A DNA stretch of 64,000 bases. Source: Candidatus Zixiibacteriota bacterium. Lineage in GTDB: Bacteria; Zixibacteria; MSB-5A5; GN15; JAAZOE01. Below are positions 39,043 to 48,103 of the stretch, piece by piece. How positions within the stretch are numbered: the stretch's first letter is position 1; each line of letters starts with the position of its first letter. The stretch is taken from contig JBDREQ010000025.1 in NCBI GenBank assembly GCA_043819555.1, positions 64,001-128,000 on the forward strand, in the 5' to 3' direction. The position numbers were made by a program, and so were the translations under genes. Below the pieces are notes generated by a model that saw nothing but the letters and a program-made list of their open reading frames with translations, had not been told where the DNA came from and did not search any database.

Positions 39043-40041
39043 TTGAACTATATGACGATTGATAAGATAAAAGCCAGATCGATAATAGATAATATTGGCG
39101 GGAATGAAATCGCCGTAATTGGCGATGTTATGCTTGATGAATATATGTGGGGCGAAGTGGAGCGGATATCTCCAGAGGCTCCGGTACCGGTTGTCCAAAT
39201 CAATCGCGAATCATCGGCGCCCGGAGGAGCGGCCAACGTCGCGGCCAATATCGTCGGATTGGAAGATAAACCGCTTTTGATCGGAGTTGTCGGCAATGAT
39301 AATTTTTCGGCGATTCTCGATTGGCTTCTCCGCGAACAGGGTATTGATACAGCCGGAATGATTATTGATCCTCAACGGCCGACGACGATAAAAACCCGGA
39401 TTATCGCCCACAATCAGCAGGTCGTCAGGGCTGATAAAGAGGTTCGTTCGGATATTTCGGAAGAAGTCGAATCCGGGGTAATGACGCTTCTTGATACGCG
39501 AAAAAATGGATTGAATGGGATTATCATTTCTGATTATGGCAAAGGCATGATTACCAAATCACTTTTGAAAAAGCTGATAGATTTCAGCCTAAAAGAAAAT
39601 ATTTTTATTGCCGTTGATCCCAAGGATGGGAATTTCCCGCTTTATAAAAAAGTATCATTGATCACTCCCAATCACCATGAGGCAGGACGGGCTTTTGGAC
39701 TTGAAATAACCGATGATAAATCTTTGAGGACCGTGGGCAGAGGTTTGATGAAAAAACTCGATCCCTTATCGATTTTGATTACGCTGGGCCCAAAGGGGAT
39801 GGCTCTATTTCAACGCGACAGTGACATGCGGTTAATTCCTACTGTAGCCAAAAAAGTATTTGATGTTACCGGAGCCGGAGATACGGTCATTGCCTCTTTT
39901 GTTTCGGCTGTTGCCGCGGGAGCTTCATTGGAGGAAGCGACTGTTATTTCCAATCAGGCGGCGGGTGTTGTTGTCGGAGAGGTTGGGACGGCTTTTATAA
40001 CCAGGAGCAAACTGACCGAGGCTTTGACAGAGAATTGGTGA
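39043..40041 (+). CDS. rfaE1: D-glycero-beta-D-manno-heptose-7-phosphate kinase (RfaE domain I)
   Basis: GDVMLDEY.WG.V.RISPEAPVPVV, GGAANVA, SDYGKG, DVTGAGDTV. Confidence 0.94.
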   Translation: MNYMTIDKIKARSIIDNIGGNEIAVIGDVMLDEYMWGEVERISPEAPVPVVQINRESSAPGGAANVAANIVGLEDKPLLIGVVGNDNFSAILDWLLREQGIDTAGMIIDPQRPTTIKTRIIAHNQQVVRADKEVRSDISEEVESGVMTLLDTRKNGLNGIIISDYGKGMITKSLLKKLIDFSLKENIFIAVDPKDGNFPLYKKVSLITPNHHEAGRAFGLEITDDKSLRTVGRGLMKKLDPLSILITLGPKGMALFQRDSDMRLIPTVAKKVFDVTGAGDTVIASFVSAVAAGASLEEATVISNQAAGVVVGEVGTAFITRSKLTEALTENW

Positions 40042-40047
40042 TCATTT

Positions 40048-40539
40048 ATGAAAAACGTCATATCCAAAATAACCGCGAGAAAAGATATTGAGAAAAAATG
40101 TGCGCAAATGAGAAAACGCGGGAGAAAATTAGTATTCACTAACGGCGTTTTTGATATTTTGCATTTCGGTCATGTTCAATATCTACAAAAAGCAAAAACT
40201 CTTGGTGATGTTTTAATAATTGGTTTAAATACCGATAGTTCGATCAGAAAATTCAAGGGTCCCAACCGACCGTTAAATCGACAATCGGATCGAGCCGGAG
40301 TGTTATCTGCACTGGAATGCGTGGATTTTATAGTTTGTTTTTCCGAGCCGACGCCGCTGAATCTAATCAAGCTTATTAAACCTGATATTCTCGTTAAGGG
40401 AGCAGACTATAAAATAGATGATATCGTTGGGGCTAATTTTGTAAAATCATATAATGGTGCCGTAAAACGCATCAGGCTTTTATCCGGCCGTTCCACGACC
40501 GGACTTATTGGAAAATTGAAAAAGAAAATCGTTAGTTAA
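40048..40539 (+). CDS. rfaE2: heptose-1-phosphate adenylyltransferase (RfaE domain II)
   Basis: VFTNGVFDILHFGH, GLNTDSS, KGPNRP, VKGADY, STT. Confidence 0.94.
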   Translation: MKNVISKITARKDIEKKCAQMRKRGRKLVFTNGVFDILHFGHVQYLQKAKTLGDVLIIGLNTDSSIRKFKGPNRPLNRQSDRAGVLSALECVDFIVCFSEPTPLNLIKLIKPDILVKGADYKIDDIVGANFVKSYNGAVKRIRLLSGRSTTGLIGKLKKKIVS

Positions 40540-40654
40540 TTCCTGATTGATGTCTTGTGAAAATTCTTTTTATTTGAATCAAACGCTAAAGTCTTATATA
40601 ATTCACCTGCAAATCGTAATTCAGTATTTTAGGGCAGCAAAAGAGGATTGAATT

Positions 40655-42562
40655 ATGAAACGGATATATAATGCGGCGATAGTATTTATTCTAATGTTCC
40701 CGGGCTTATTGATTACCGGATGTGACACCGAAAAACCGCCTGTTGAAATTCCATTGGAGATTATTTTCGCGCCCGGAGAAATAATCGATCCTCAATTATC
40801 TCCCGCCGGGGATAAGGTCGCATATCTGGGGCTGACCGGCAATTCGTACAATGTATTTATTCAGGATATAGCTACTTCAGAGGTTACACAGGTTACCGAA
40901 GAAACCGCCCTGGGGATAAATAACTATGCCTGGTCAGGAGATGGTTCAAAAATACTCTATTTGAGAGATCCTGATGGAAAGGGCAGGCAGAAACTATATG
41001 ATTATGACTTGTCAACGAAAGAAGTCCGTGAACTAACGCCAATAGATGGCGTTGATGTTCAGATATTAAAAATAAGCCCGGATTACCCCAACTCGGTTTT
41101 AATTAGTTTCGGGAGTTTCAATGACAATTTGCCGCACGTTTATAAGGTCGATTTAATAACTGGGAATTTTGATCTCATCGCCGAAAACTCAGGTACCATT
41201 TTAGGATGGTTGATTGACCATAAAATGAATGTTCGGGGATGTCTTGACGCGAGTCAGGATGGTCAGTATTATTTCAAAGTCACCGATACGGCCTCGAGCC
41301 ATTGGCGCGAGATTATGACCTGGAATTCTGAGGATATGCTAACCAGCAGTCCAGTTGGTTTTACGGCCGATGGCAAATATGCTTTTGTCCTTAATTCACA
41401 GGGGAGTAATACCAGTCGGCTCCAAAAAATCGATATAGCGTCAGGTGTTGTGGAGACAATTGCCGAAGACAATATTTTCAATGTGTCCGGAGCGATTATT
41501 CATCCCCGGACAGGAGAAATTCAGGGAGTTGTTTTTGAAAAGGAACGCGAAGAGACATTGATAATTGATGAAGCGATTCGTGATGATATTAAAGCCATCA
41601 GGAACATACATCATGGTGATTTCTTTATTAGCAGCCGGGATAGGAAAGATGAAAATTGGCTGATTGGATTTAAAACCGATGATGGTCCGGTACCATTTTA
41701 CATTTATAATACGGAAACTTATAAGGCGACTCAATTATTCACTCATAATTCAGAGATGGAAAAATATGTTTTCTCCGCAAAGGAACCGATTTCATTTACC
41801 TCACGCGATGGAATGACCATTTACGGCTATATAACATTTCCCAGTGGTGCGGATAAAAAGAACCTGCCAATGGTCGTCCTTGTTCATGAAGGGCCATGGC
41901 AAAGGGATAAGTGGGGATATGATCCTGAAGCGCAATGGCTGGCCAATCGCGGTTATGCCTGCCTGCAAATAAATTATCGAGGCTCGACCGGATTTGGGAA
42001 GAGATTCTATAATGCCGGAAATAAGCAATGGGGCATGGCTATGGCTGATGACCTAATTGACGGTGTGTCCTGGGCAATTGATAAGGGGTACGCCGATTCC
42101 AAGCGTGTCGCCATATGGGGATGGCGATACGGCGGGCATGCGTCATTAATGGCTGCCATACGATATCCCGACGTTTTTGCCTGCGCCGTAGATGTTTGCG
42201 GATATCTGGATTTAAAAACTCTTGTTGAGGCAATTCCGCCTTCGTATAGTAGCCAGGTTTTGATGTTTCACAATCGGGTCGGCAATCTGACTCATGAACT
42301 TGATATACTTCAAAAGGCTTCCCCGGCCAATTATGTCGATAGTATGAACACGCCGTTATTGATTGTCCAGGGAGGGCGTGACAGGCTGGTTTCCAGGAAA
42401 GCGGCCGATGCGTTTGTGAAATCTTTGGAGAATAGAGGCATTGATAATCAGTATTTGCTGTTTGACAATGAAGGCCATGGGCTTTCAGTTTCAACCAATC
42501 GCCTACTTTTTTATCAGACTGCCGAAGAATTTCTAAATAAGCACCTTGGCTCAGGTATATAA
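40655..42562 (+). CDS. S9C family peptidase homolog (lipoprotein), nucleophile Ser replaced by Arg
   Basis: Lipobox LITGC; propeller domain; NYRGSTGFG; GWRYGG; QGGRD; EGHG. Confidence 0.9.
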   Translation: MKRIYNAAIVFILMFPGLLITGCDTEKPPVEIPLEIIFAPGEIIDPQLSPAGDKVAYLGLTGNSYNVFIQDIATSEVTQVTEETALGINNYAWSGDGSKILYLRDPDGKGRQKLYDYDLSTKEVRELTPIDGVDVQILKISPDYPNSVLISFGSFNDNLPHVYKVDLITGNFDLIAENSGTILGWLIDHKMNVRGCLDASQDGQYYFKVTDTASSHWREIMTWNSEDMLTSSPVGFTADGKYAFVLNSQGSNTSRLQKIDIASGVVETIAEDNIFNVSGAIIHPRTGEIQGVVFEKEREETLIIDEAIRDDIKAIRNIHHGDFFISSRDRKDENWLIGFKTDDGPVPFYIYNTETYKATQLFTHNSEMEKYVFSAKEPISFTSRDGMTIYGYITFPSGADKKNLPMVVLVHEGPWQRDKWGYDPEAQWLANRGYACLQINYRGSTGFGKRFYNAGNKQWGMAMADDLIDGVSWAIDKGYADSKRVAIWGWRYGGHASLMAAIRYPDVFACAVDVCGYLDLKTLVEAIPPSYSSQVLMFHNRVGNLTHELDILQKASPANYVDSMNTPLLIVQGGRDRLVSRKAADAFVKSLENRGIDNQYLLFDNEGHGLSVSTNRLLFYQTAEEFLNKHLGSGI

Positions 42563-42607
42563 AAATTGGCAGTTGTTTTAATGACGCCGGGGGTTGAATA
42601 GGAGAAT

Positions 42608-43486
42608 ATGGGATCGTTCGAAAAAATAAAAAACTGCTCGTGTTCCATTTGGGATACAATAAAATATTATTCAAAAGGTCTTTATAACCGTGCCGGCGAG
42701 CATCATATCTTTCTACTGGCCAGCGGACTTTCATTTTCGATTTTTATATGCATCATACCGCTGGTACTTATTGTTTTCGCTGTCCTGGGATCTTTGTTCG
42801 AACAGCCTTCCATCGTAAAAGAGATCAATGGTTTTATCGATCGGGTCATTCCCTATGAAGATTATGCCAAAGATGTCAAGCTGTTTGTTTTTGCGCGGCT
42901 TGAGGAGTTTAAGATCTATCGCGGTGTTGCGGGTCTAATAGGTTCGGTTGGTTTATTATTCGCGTCTTCCGGACTGTTCAGTAGTATGCGAACAGTTCTA
43001 AATATGATATTCAGGGCCCGAAAATCTCAATCGGTCTTGATTGGCAAATTGCATGACCTGGGATTGGTTCTTCTTGTCCTGATTTTCTTTTTATTATCCA
43101 TTATGATTATTCCGGCCTTTGGGATCGCCAAGAGATTCGCGTATAAGATTGAATTTCTCAGCGGTTTTCGCACTGATTTTATTGAGGGTGTTGGTCTATT
43201 GGCGGTGTCATTCATAATCATTACCGGAGTGTTTTATCTGATCTATTTTCTGGTGCCTAATTTTAAATTATCAAATCGGATTCTTTGTGTCGGAGCTCTG
43301 TCTTCGGCGCTTTTATGGCATATTGTTGAACGATTATTCGGCTACTATATTTCACATTTTGTTACCCTTAAACGAATTTATGGGACATACGCCTTTTTGA
43401 TAGTAGTGGCATTCTGGATATTTTACACTTCTCTGGTATTCATACTTGGGGCCGAAATAGGACAATTATACCGGGAAAGGAAATAA
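42608..43486 (+). CDS. YihY/BrkB family membrane protein
   Basis: LASGLSF...P, IY.LVPN, IYGT.A, W.FY.S..FILGAE. Confidence 0.9.
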   Translation: MGSFEKIKNCSCSIWDTIKYYSKGLYNRAGEHHIFLLASGLSFSIFICIIPLVLIVFAVLGSLFEQPSIVKEINGFIDRVIPYEDYAKDVKLFVFARLEEFKIYRGVAGLIGSVGLLFASSGLFSSMRTVLNMIFRARKSQSVLIGKLHDLGLVLLVLIFFLLSIMIIPAFGIAKRFAYKIEFLSGFRTDFIEGVGLLAVSFIIITGVFYLIYFLVPNFKLSNRILCVGALSSALLWHIVERLFGYYISHFVTLKRIYGTYAFLIVVAFWIFYTSLVFILGAEIGQLYRERK

Positions 43487-43656
43487 CTTCTTTAGAAAGA
43501 CCGAAAATCGTTCGATATCTTCAAATTTCCTTATAAAACTTTTTCTTTGTTGAGTCCAAATAGTTGCGACCATGTATAAAAAAACTGGAGCATATAGCCA
43601 TCAATTTGATTATTATTGGGGATAAAAATGCGAGGCAATTTTAAGCAGGAGTCAAA

Positions 43657-44604
43657 ATGGCCAAAAATTTCGCCATAATTGGAGTCGGCGGGTATGTCGC
43701 TCCCCGGCATCTGAAAGCAATAAAAGATACCGGCAATAATCTTATCGCCGCCGTCGATCCGAGCGATTCGGTCGGTATTCTTGATAGATATTTTGATAAC
43801 GTCAGTTTTTTCGTGGAGTTTGAACGCTTCGACCGTCATCTGGAAAAATTGCGCCGGGCGGGACAGGAGAGGCGTGTCAATTATGTCAGTATCTGTTCAC
43901 CCAATTATCTCCATGACGCCCATGTCCGCTTCGCCTTGAGAGTTAACGCCGACGCCATTTGCGAAAAGCCGCTGGTTTTGAATCCCTGGAATATAGACGC
44001 ACTTGCCGAACTTGAACAGGAAAGCGGCCGCCGGGTTTACACTGTATTGCAATTGCGCCTGCATCCATCGCTAATAAAGCTGCGGGAAAAGCTCGTTAAA
44101 AAAGGCGATAAAATCCATGACGTCGAACTGACCTATATTACTTCGCGGGGCCGTTGGTACGACGTTTCGTGGAAAGGCCAGATTGAACGTTCCGGAGGAA
44201 TCGCGACCAACATCGGAATTCATTTTTTTGATCTTTTGATTTGGCTTTTTGGCGAGGTCAAACACAATGAAGTTCATATCTCCGAAAAAACAAAATCAGC
44301 CGGATATCTGGAACTTGAACGGGCCCGTGTAAAATGGATGCTATCGATTGACCGTTCCGATTTGCCTCCCAATGCCGTAAAAAACGAACCGCCGACATAT
44401 CGTTCGATTACGATTGACGGTGGTGAAGTTGAGTTCTCAGACGGATTCACCGATTTGCATACGGCTGTGTATCAGGATATTCTTGACGGTGGAGGATTTG
44501 GGCTTGATGCTGTACGCCCATCAATAAAAATAGCCCATGATATCCGGGAAGCAAAAGTTATCGGCCGCAATGAAAATACGCATCCCTTATTAAAGTTTGA
44601 GTAA
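43657..44604 (+). CDS. wbpB: WbpB/WlbA-like UDP-GlcNAcA 3-dehydrogenase (Gfo/Idh/MocA)
   Basis: GYVAPRHL.AI, DSVGILD, CSPNYLHDAH, CEKPLVLNP, YITSRG.WY..SWKG, TNIGIHFFD, GFTDLH. Confidence 0.88.
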   Translation: MAKNFAIIGVGGYVAPRHLKAIKDTGNNLIAAVDPSDSVGILDRYFDNVSFFVEFERFDRHLEKLRRAGQERRVNYVSICSPNYLHDAHVRFALRVNADAICEKPLVLNPWNIDALAELEQESGRRVYTVLQLRLHPSLIKLREKLVKKGDKIHDVELTYITSRGRWYDVSWKGQIERSGGIATNIGIHFFDLLIWLFGEVKHNEVHISEKTKSAGYLELERARVKWMLSIDRSDLPPNAVKNEPPTYRSITIDGGEVEFSDGFTDLHTAVYQDILDGGGFGLDAVRPSIKIAHDIREAKVIGRNENTHPLLKFE

Positions 44605-44611
44605 TTGAAAA

Positions 44612-45310
44612 ATGAAACCATCTGCCTGGCAAATAATTTTTATTCTCATAGTTATTCTGGGAGCGATTATAAATGCTGATGACGGCCCAAAAAATCGCCG
44701 GGTGACGATAAATTTGGGAAGTGTTGAAGTTTCACGGGAAGATTCTGTCATTGTAGTGCCTGTATATTTTTCCAATCCTTATGATACCGTTTCGGGAATT
44801 GAGCTTCATGTACGCATTGAAGAAAACCGGCATGTTGTTTTTGCGATAGATGATATAGGGGAGGACGGTTTAGTCAAAGCGATTGATACGACCGGAACAC
44901 TGATATCCGGTTGGGAATGGGTTGGAGTCAATTCAGGCGAGGAAAATCATTATGATTTTATGCTGGCGGCTTTGGCCGACTGGCCCGATGGAACGGTGAC
45001 ACCGCCTTTGTATCCTCAAGAGGGAGGAGTGCTTGTTAAACTGGTTTTCCGCCAGGACGATCTATTTCCATTTACGATGGATACACATATAAAAACGACC
45101 ATTGAAACCGAACGAACCGGCGTGTCTGATTATCTGGGTAATACCATCGGGATCGTAACGACGATTGAACGGCAATGCGAACAGTTTGTTGGTGATTCCT
45201 GCCTCTCGTGGAAACAGGTCCGCGTCGGCAAACTTGATTCTACGGTTGTTAAGTTTAATCATGGGGGGATAAGTGTGGTTGATAGTGTTGGGAATGGGGG
45301 CGAGAGATAA
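44612..45310 (+). CDS. secreted cohesin-like domain protein
   Basis: Signal peptide; V.VPVYFSN..DTVSGIEL, DTTGTLISGWE, GGVLVKLVF, V.FNHGGISV beta-sandwich pattern. Confidence 0.55.
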   Translation: MKPSAWQIIFILIVILGAIINADDGPKNRRVTINLGSVEVSREDSVIVVPVYFSNPYDTVSGIELHVRIEENRHVVFAIDDIGEDGLVKAIDTTGTLISGWEWVGVNSGEENHYDFMLAALADWPDGTVTPPLYPQEGGVLVKLVFRQDDLFPFTMDTHIKTTIETERTGVSDYLGNTIGIVTTIERQCEQFVGDSCLSWKQVRVGKLDSTVVKFNHGGISVVDSVGNGGER

Positions 45311-45379
45311 ATTTTGATGGCCCACAGCTTGCTGTGAGAAGTATAAGAATATTGAAAATAAAGGGATAGGCGGGTACTT

Positions 45380-45802
45380 TTGTTGCCCACTGGGTTTAAA
45401 TCAGATATGAATGTAGATAATTCTCCTGGAAGTAAGCATGCGGAAGTGCGCTTATATAATCCGATGGTAATTCTTACTTATTATGTATTGGGGGGACTCC
45501 CTTTGGGATCTCTATTATATGGCATTAATTTATCAAGACGTGGCAATCGTGTAATGGGTAATATCCTTACGATTCTTTTTGGTTTAACCTATATTCTGAT
45601 TCTAATTCTCATTGCAAAAAGGATTAACGTAATTACATTGCGATTATTATCCATATTTATTGGAATTAATGTGATGAAGATTGAATGGAATCCCTATAAA
45701 GAGGCGATTGATAAAGGAGCAATACCTGCAAAATGGTGGCATCCTTTGTTGGTGGCATTTGCGATTTTTATCTCAATAATATATAGTTACAGTTTTTGTT
45801 GA
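45380..45802 (+). CDS. small AT-rich membrane protein, hypothetical
   Basis: About 4 hydrophobic segments; start probably ATG 45407. Confidence 0.7.
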   Translation: MLPTGFKSDMNVDNSPGSKHAEVRLYNPMVILTYYVLGGLPLGSLLYGINLSRRGNRVMGNILTILFGLTYILILILIAKRINVITLRLLSIFIGINVMKIEWNPYKEAIDKGAIPAKWWHPLLVAFAIFISIIYSYSFC

Positions 45803-45961
45803 GTGACATGGTGGCCCACAGCCTGCTCTGCGGAAAAGAAAACCAGCACACCCCACCGCTTCGCGGCACCCCTCTCAAGACAGGCGATAGCCTGGTTGGG
45901 GAATAAGCGTATGCTTTATTTCGGCTGTCGCGCGGTGTACCATACTTTGTTCAACCATTTG

Positions 45962-46054
45962 GTAGGGATGGAGCCCAACGGGCTCCAGCCAAAAATAATA
46001 TTTAATCAACACGCAATACGGGATAGGCAGGAGCCTTTCAGGCTCATGCCCTAC
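45962..46054. repeat. GTAG-type REP doublet (REPIN-like)
   Basis: GTAGGG.TGGAGCCC-AAC-GGGCTCCA ... GAGCCT-TTC-AGGCTC..GCCCTAC. Confidence 0.7.
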
Positions 46055-46078
46055 AATACTTAATCAATCATGGAATTG

Positions 46079-46161
46079 GTAGGTCGGGTTCTGAGGCCGG
46101 GAGGCCGAAAAATCCGACAAACAGAAATGTCGGGTTTATCACTTCGTTCGGAACCCGACCT
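46079..46161. repeat. second GTAG-type REP doublet
   Basis: AGGTCGGGTTC (46081) / GAACCCGACCT (46151) perfect 11-bp inverted repeat; inner CCGACA/TGTCGG. Confidence 0.7.
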
Positions 46162-46218
46162 TGTATTCAACGATTTTAATTTATGGGGAGATAGTAATTC
46201 CCTCGCTTCTAAATTCCC

Positions 46219-46246
46219 TTGACTTAACGGCGATAAAAAGTATTAT
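46219..46246 (+). promoter_or_regulatory. sigma70-like promoter of tRNA-His-hisS
   Basis: TTGACT-16-TATTAT. Confidence 0.65.
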
Positions 46247-46261
46247 ATATGCCTTGTAAAT

Positions 46262-46335
46262 GCTGGGGTAGCTCAGACGGTCAGAGCGCCTGACTGTGGA
46301 TCAGGAGGCCGGCGGTTCGATCCCGCCCCCCAGTA
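46262..46335 (+). tRNA. tRNA-His(GUG); no encoded G-1, G1:U72, A73, CCA not encoded
   Basis: Full cloverleaf: GCTGGGG/CCCCAGT, GCTC/GAGC, CCTGA-CTGTGGA-TCAGG, GGCGG-TTCGATC-CCGCC. Confidence 0.96.
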
Positions 46336-46358
46336 TTTTTTGTTTTTATCAGAACATA

Positions 46359-47810
46359 ATGAGTAAAAAAAAGAACAAGCCAAAAAAGATTAAACCGGAA
46401 GTCCTAAAGGGTTTCAAAGACTATCCGCCGTCCGAAGAGATTGCGCGGCAAAAGCTTGTAGCGGTTTTTCGGGAAGTGTTTGAGTCGTTTGGATTCTCTC
46501 CGCTTCAAACCCCGGCTCTTGAGCGAGTCGAAGTTCTGAAAGGTTCGGATTACGGACAGGATAACCTGGAGACGATTTTCAGCTTTGTTGGCCCGGAAAA
46601 AACCGATATGGCTCTGCGTTTTGAACTGACCGCTTCGCTGGCGCGGTATGTCGCCGGATATCCGGAATTACCGCTTCCGTTTCGCAGATATCAGATCGGC
46701 CCGGTCTGGCGCGTCGATAAACCCGGTCCGGGAAGGTTTCGAGAATTCACTCAGTTCGATATCGATTCGGTAGGAACGTCGAGCATGCTGGCCGATGCCG
46801 AGATTATGGCGGCGATCTGCAAATCATTCGAGAAACTTGGCCTGACAAATTACAAAGTCAAATACTCCAATCGAAAAATACTGAATGGCCTCGCGCAGTA
46901 TGCCAAAATCCAGCCGGAAACGGCCCCTGATGTTTTTCGAGTGATCGACAAGTTAGATAAGCAGGGAATGGACGCGGTAAAGCTCGAACTTGGTCCAGGG
47001 CGAACAGATATTTCGGGCGATAAGATTCCGGGATTGAATTTACCCGGTGAACAGATTGAGATTCTTGAAAAGTTTCTATTACTGCAATCTTCAGAAGAAA
47101 ATAGTATTGAAGCCGCCGGAAAATTATTGTCTGGGATTGCCGATGCCGAAGAGGGCATTGATGAGCTAAAACTTATTGCATCCTATCTCAAAAATCTCGG
47201 TGTTCCAGAAGAGAAGGCTCAAATTGATTTGACCATTGTGCGGGGACTCGGATATTATACCGGGCCGGTGTTTGAGACGGTGCTTGAAGATATTCCCGAG
47301 ATCGGATCGGTGTTTGCCGGAGGGCGTTATGACGGTTTAGTCGAGCGGTTTCTTGGAAAGAAAATTCCGGCAACGGGGGCGTCGGCGGGAATTGACCGAC
47401 TACTGGCGGCGCTGATGCTAAAAGGAGTTATCAAAACCGAGCCGACGATATCTCAGGTTCTCGTTACCGCGATGGACAAGGATCGGATGCCTGATTATCT
47501 CAATATACTAAATGAAATTAGAGACGCCGGTATCAAGGCCGAGATTTTTCTTGGCGAAACGCAGAATTTCACCAAGCAGATTAAATACGCTGACCGGGTT
47601 GGCATTCCAATCGCGGTCATTCTTGGTTCGGATGAATTCGAAAATAACCAGGTGACGGTTAAAAATCTCGTTGCGGGGAGAGTCCAGGCTGAAGAAGTCG
47701 CCGATCGCGAGGAGTGGCTCAAGGCTGAAGATATTCAGGCGACAATTCCCCGAGGGGAATTGATAGATTATCTGAAGAAGCTTCTTAAAGAAATTAATCA
47801 GACAAATTGA
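46359..47810 (+). CDS. hisS: histidine--tRNA ligase, alphaproteobacterial-like type
   Basis: KGFKD, LRFELTASLAR, WRVDKPGPGRFREF.QFD.D, IVRGLGYYTG, GGRYD, GIDR; true start ATG 46359. Confidence 0.96.
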   Translation: MSKKKNKPKKIKPEVLKGFKDYPPSEEIARQKLVAVFREVFESFGFSPLQTPALERVEVLKGSDYGQDNLETIFSFVGPEKTDMALRFELTASLARYVAGYPELPLPFRRYQIGPVWRVDKPGPGRFREFTQFDIDSVGTSSMLADAEIMAAICKSFEKLGLTNYKVKYSNRKILNGLAQYAKIQPETAPDVFRVIDKLDKQGMDAVKLELGPGRTDISGDKIPGLNLPGEQIEILEKFLLLQSSEENSIEAAGKLLSGIADAEEGIDELKLIASYLKNLGVPEEKAQIDLTIVRGLGYYTGPVFETVLEDIPEIGSVFAGGRYDGLVERFLGKKIPATGASAGIDRLLAALMLKGVIKTEPTISQVLVTAMDKDRMPDYLNILNEIRDAGIKAEIFLGETQNFTKQIKYADRVGIPIAVILGSDEFENNQVTVKNLVAGRVQAEEVADREEWLKAEDIQATIPRGELIDYLKKLLKEINQTN

Positions 47811-47814
47811 TTTG

Positions 47815-48006
47815 GTGTCAGGTCACAATTTCGCTTCGCGAAATCAGGACCCGACACAACCACTTCAATAGTTATCGTTGTCATTCTCGAGAGCGAAGTC
47901 CTGTCAGGGACGAAGCGAATCGGGAATCCATGCAGACCTATTAAAAATTAATACCGTTGTCATTTCTATGAAAGCTGTATGGATGCCAGCGTCCGCCGGC
48001 ATGACA
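47815..48006. repeat. cluster of three REP-like palindromes
   Basis: GTGTCAGGTC/GACCCGACAC with inner ATTTCGC/GCGAAAT; TGTCATTCTCGA...TCGGGAATCC; ATGCCAGC/GCCGGCATGACA. Confidence 0.7.
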
Positions 48007-48103
48007 TTAATGATTTATTAAAACAATTCTGGTTACTTGACCTGAATCAATTCCTGAAATGGATTTGTTTTTTAATTTGCCTCTAAGATTATAAGGTGAT
48101 TTA

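Noticed and set aside
42039..42734. 231-aa antisense ORF and the many other overlapping short ORFs in the track
   Set aside because: Shadows of well-supported genes, with no motifs or SD
45803..46063. 86-aa ORF
   Set aside because: Composed of REP-like palindromes, with no protein-like features
45316..46170. Possible CRISPR array or integron attC array
   Set aside because: No identical regularly spaced repeats, no cas or integrase gene, and no clear RYYYAAC...GTTRRRY boxes
46296..46358. N-terminal extension of hisS in the ORF track
   Set aside because: It reads through the tRNA-His gene; the real start is ATG 46359
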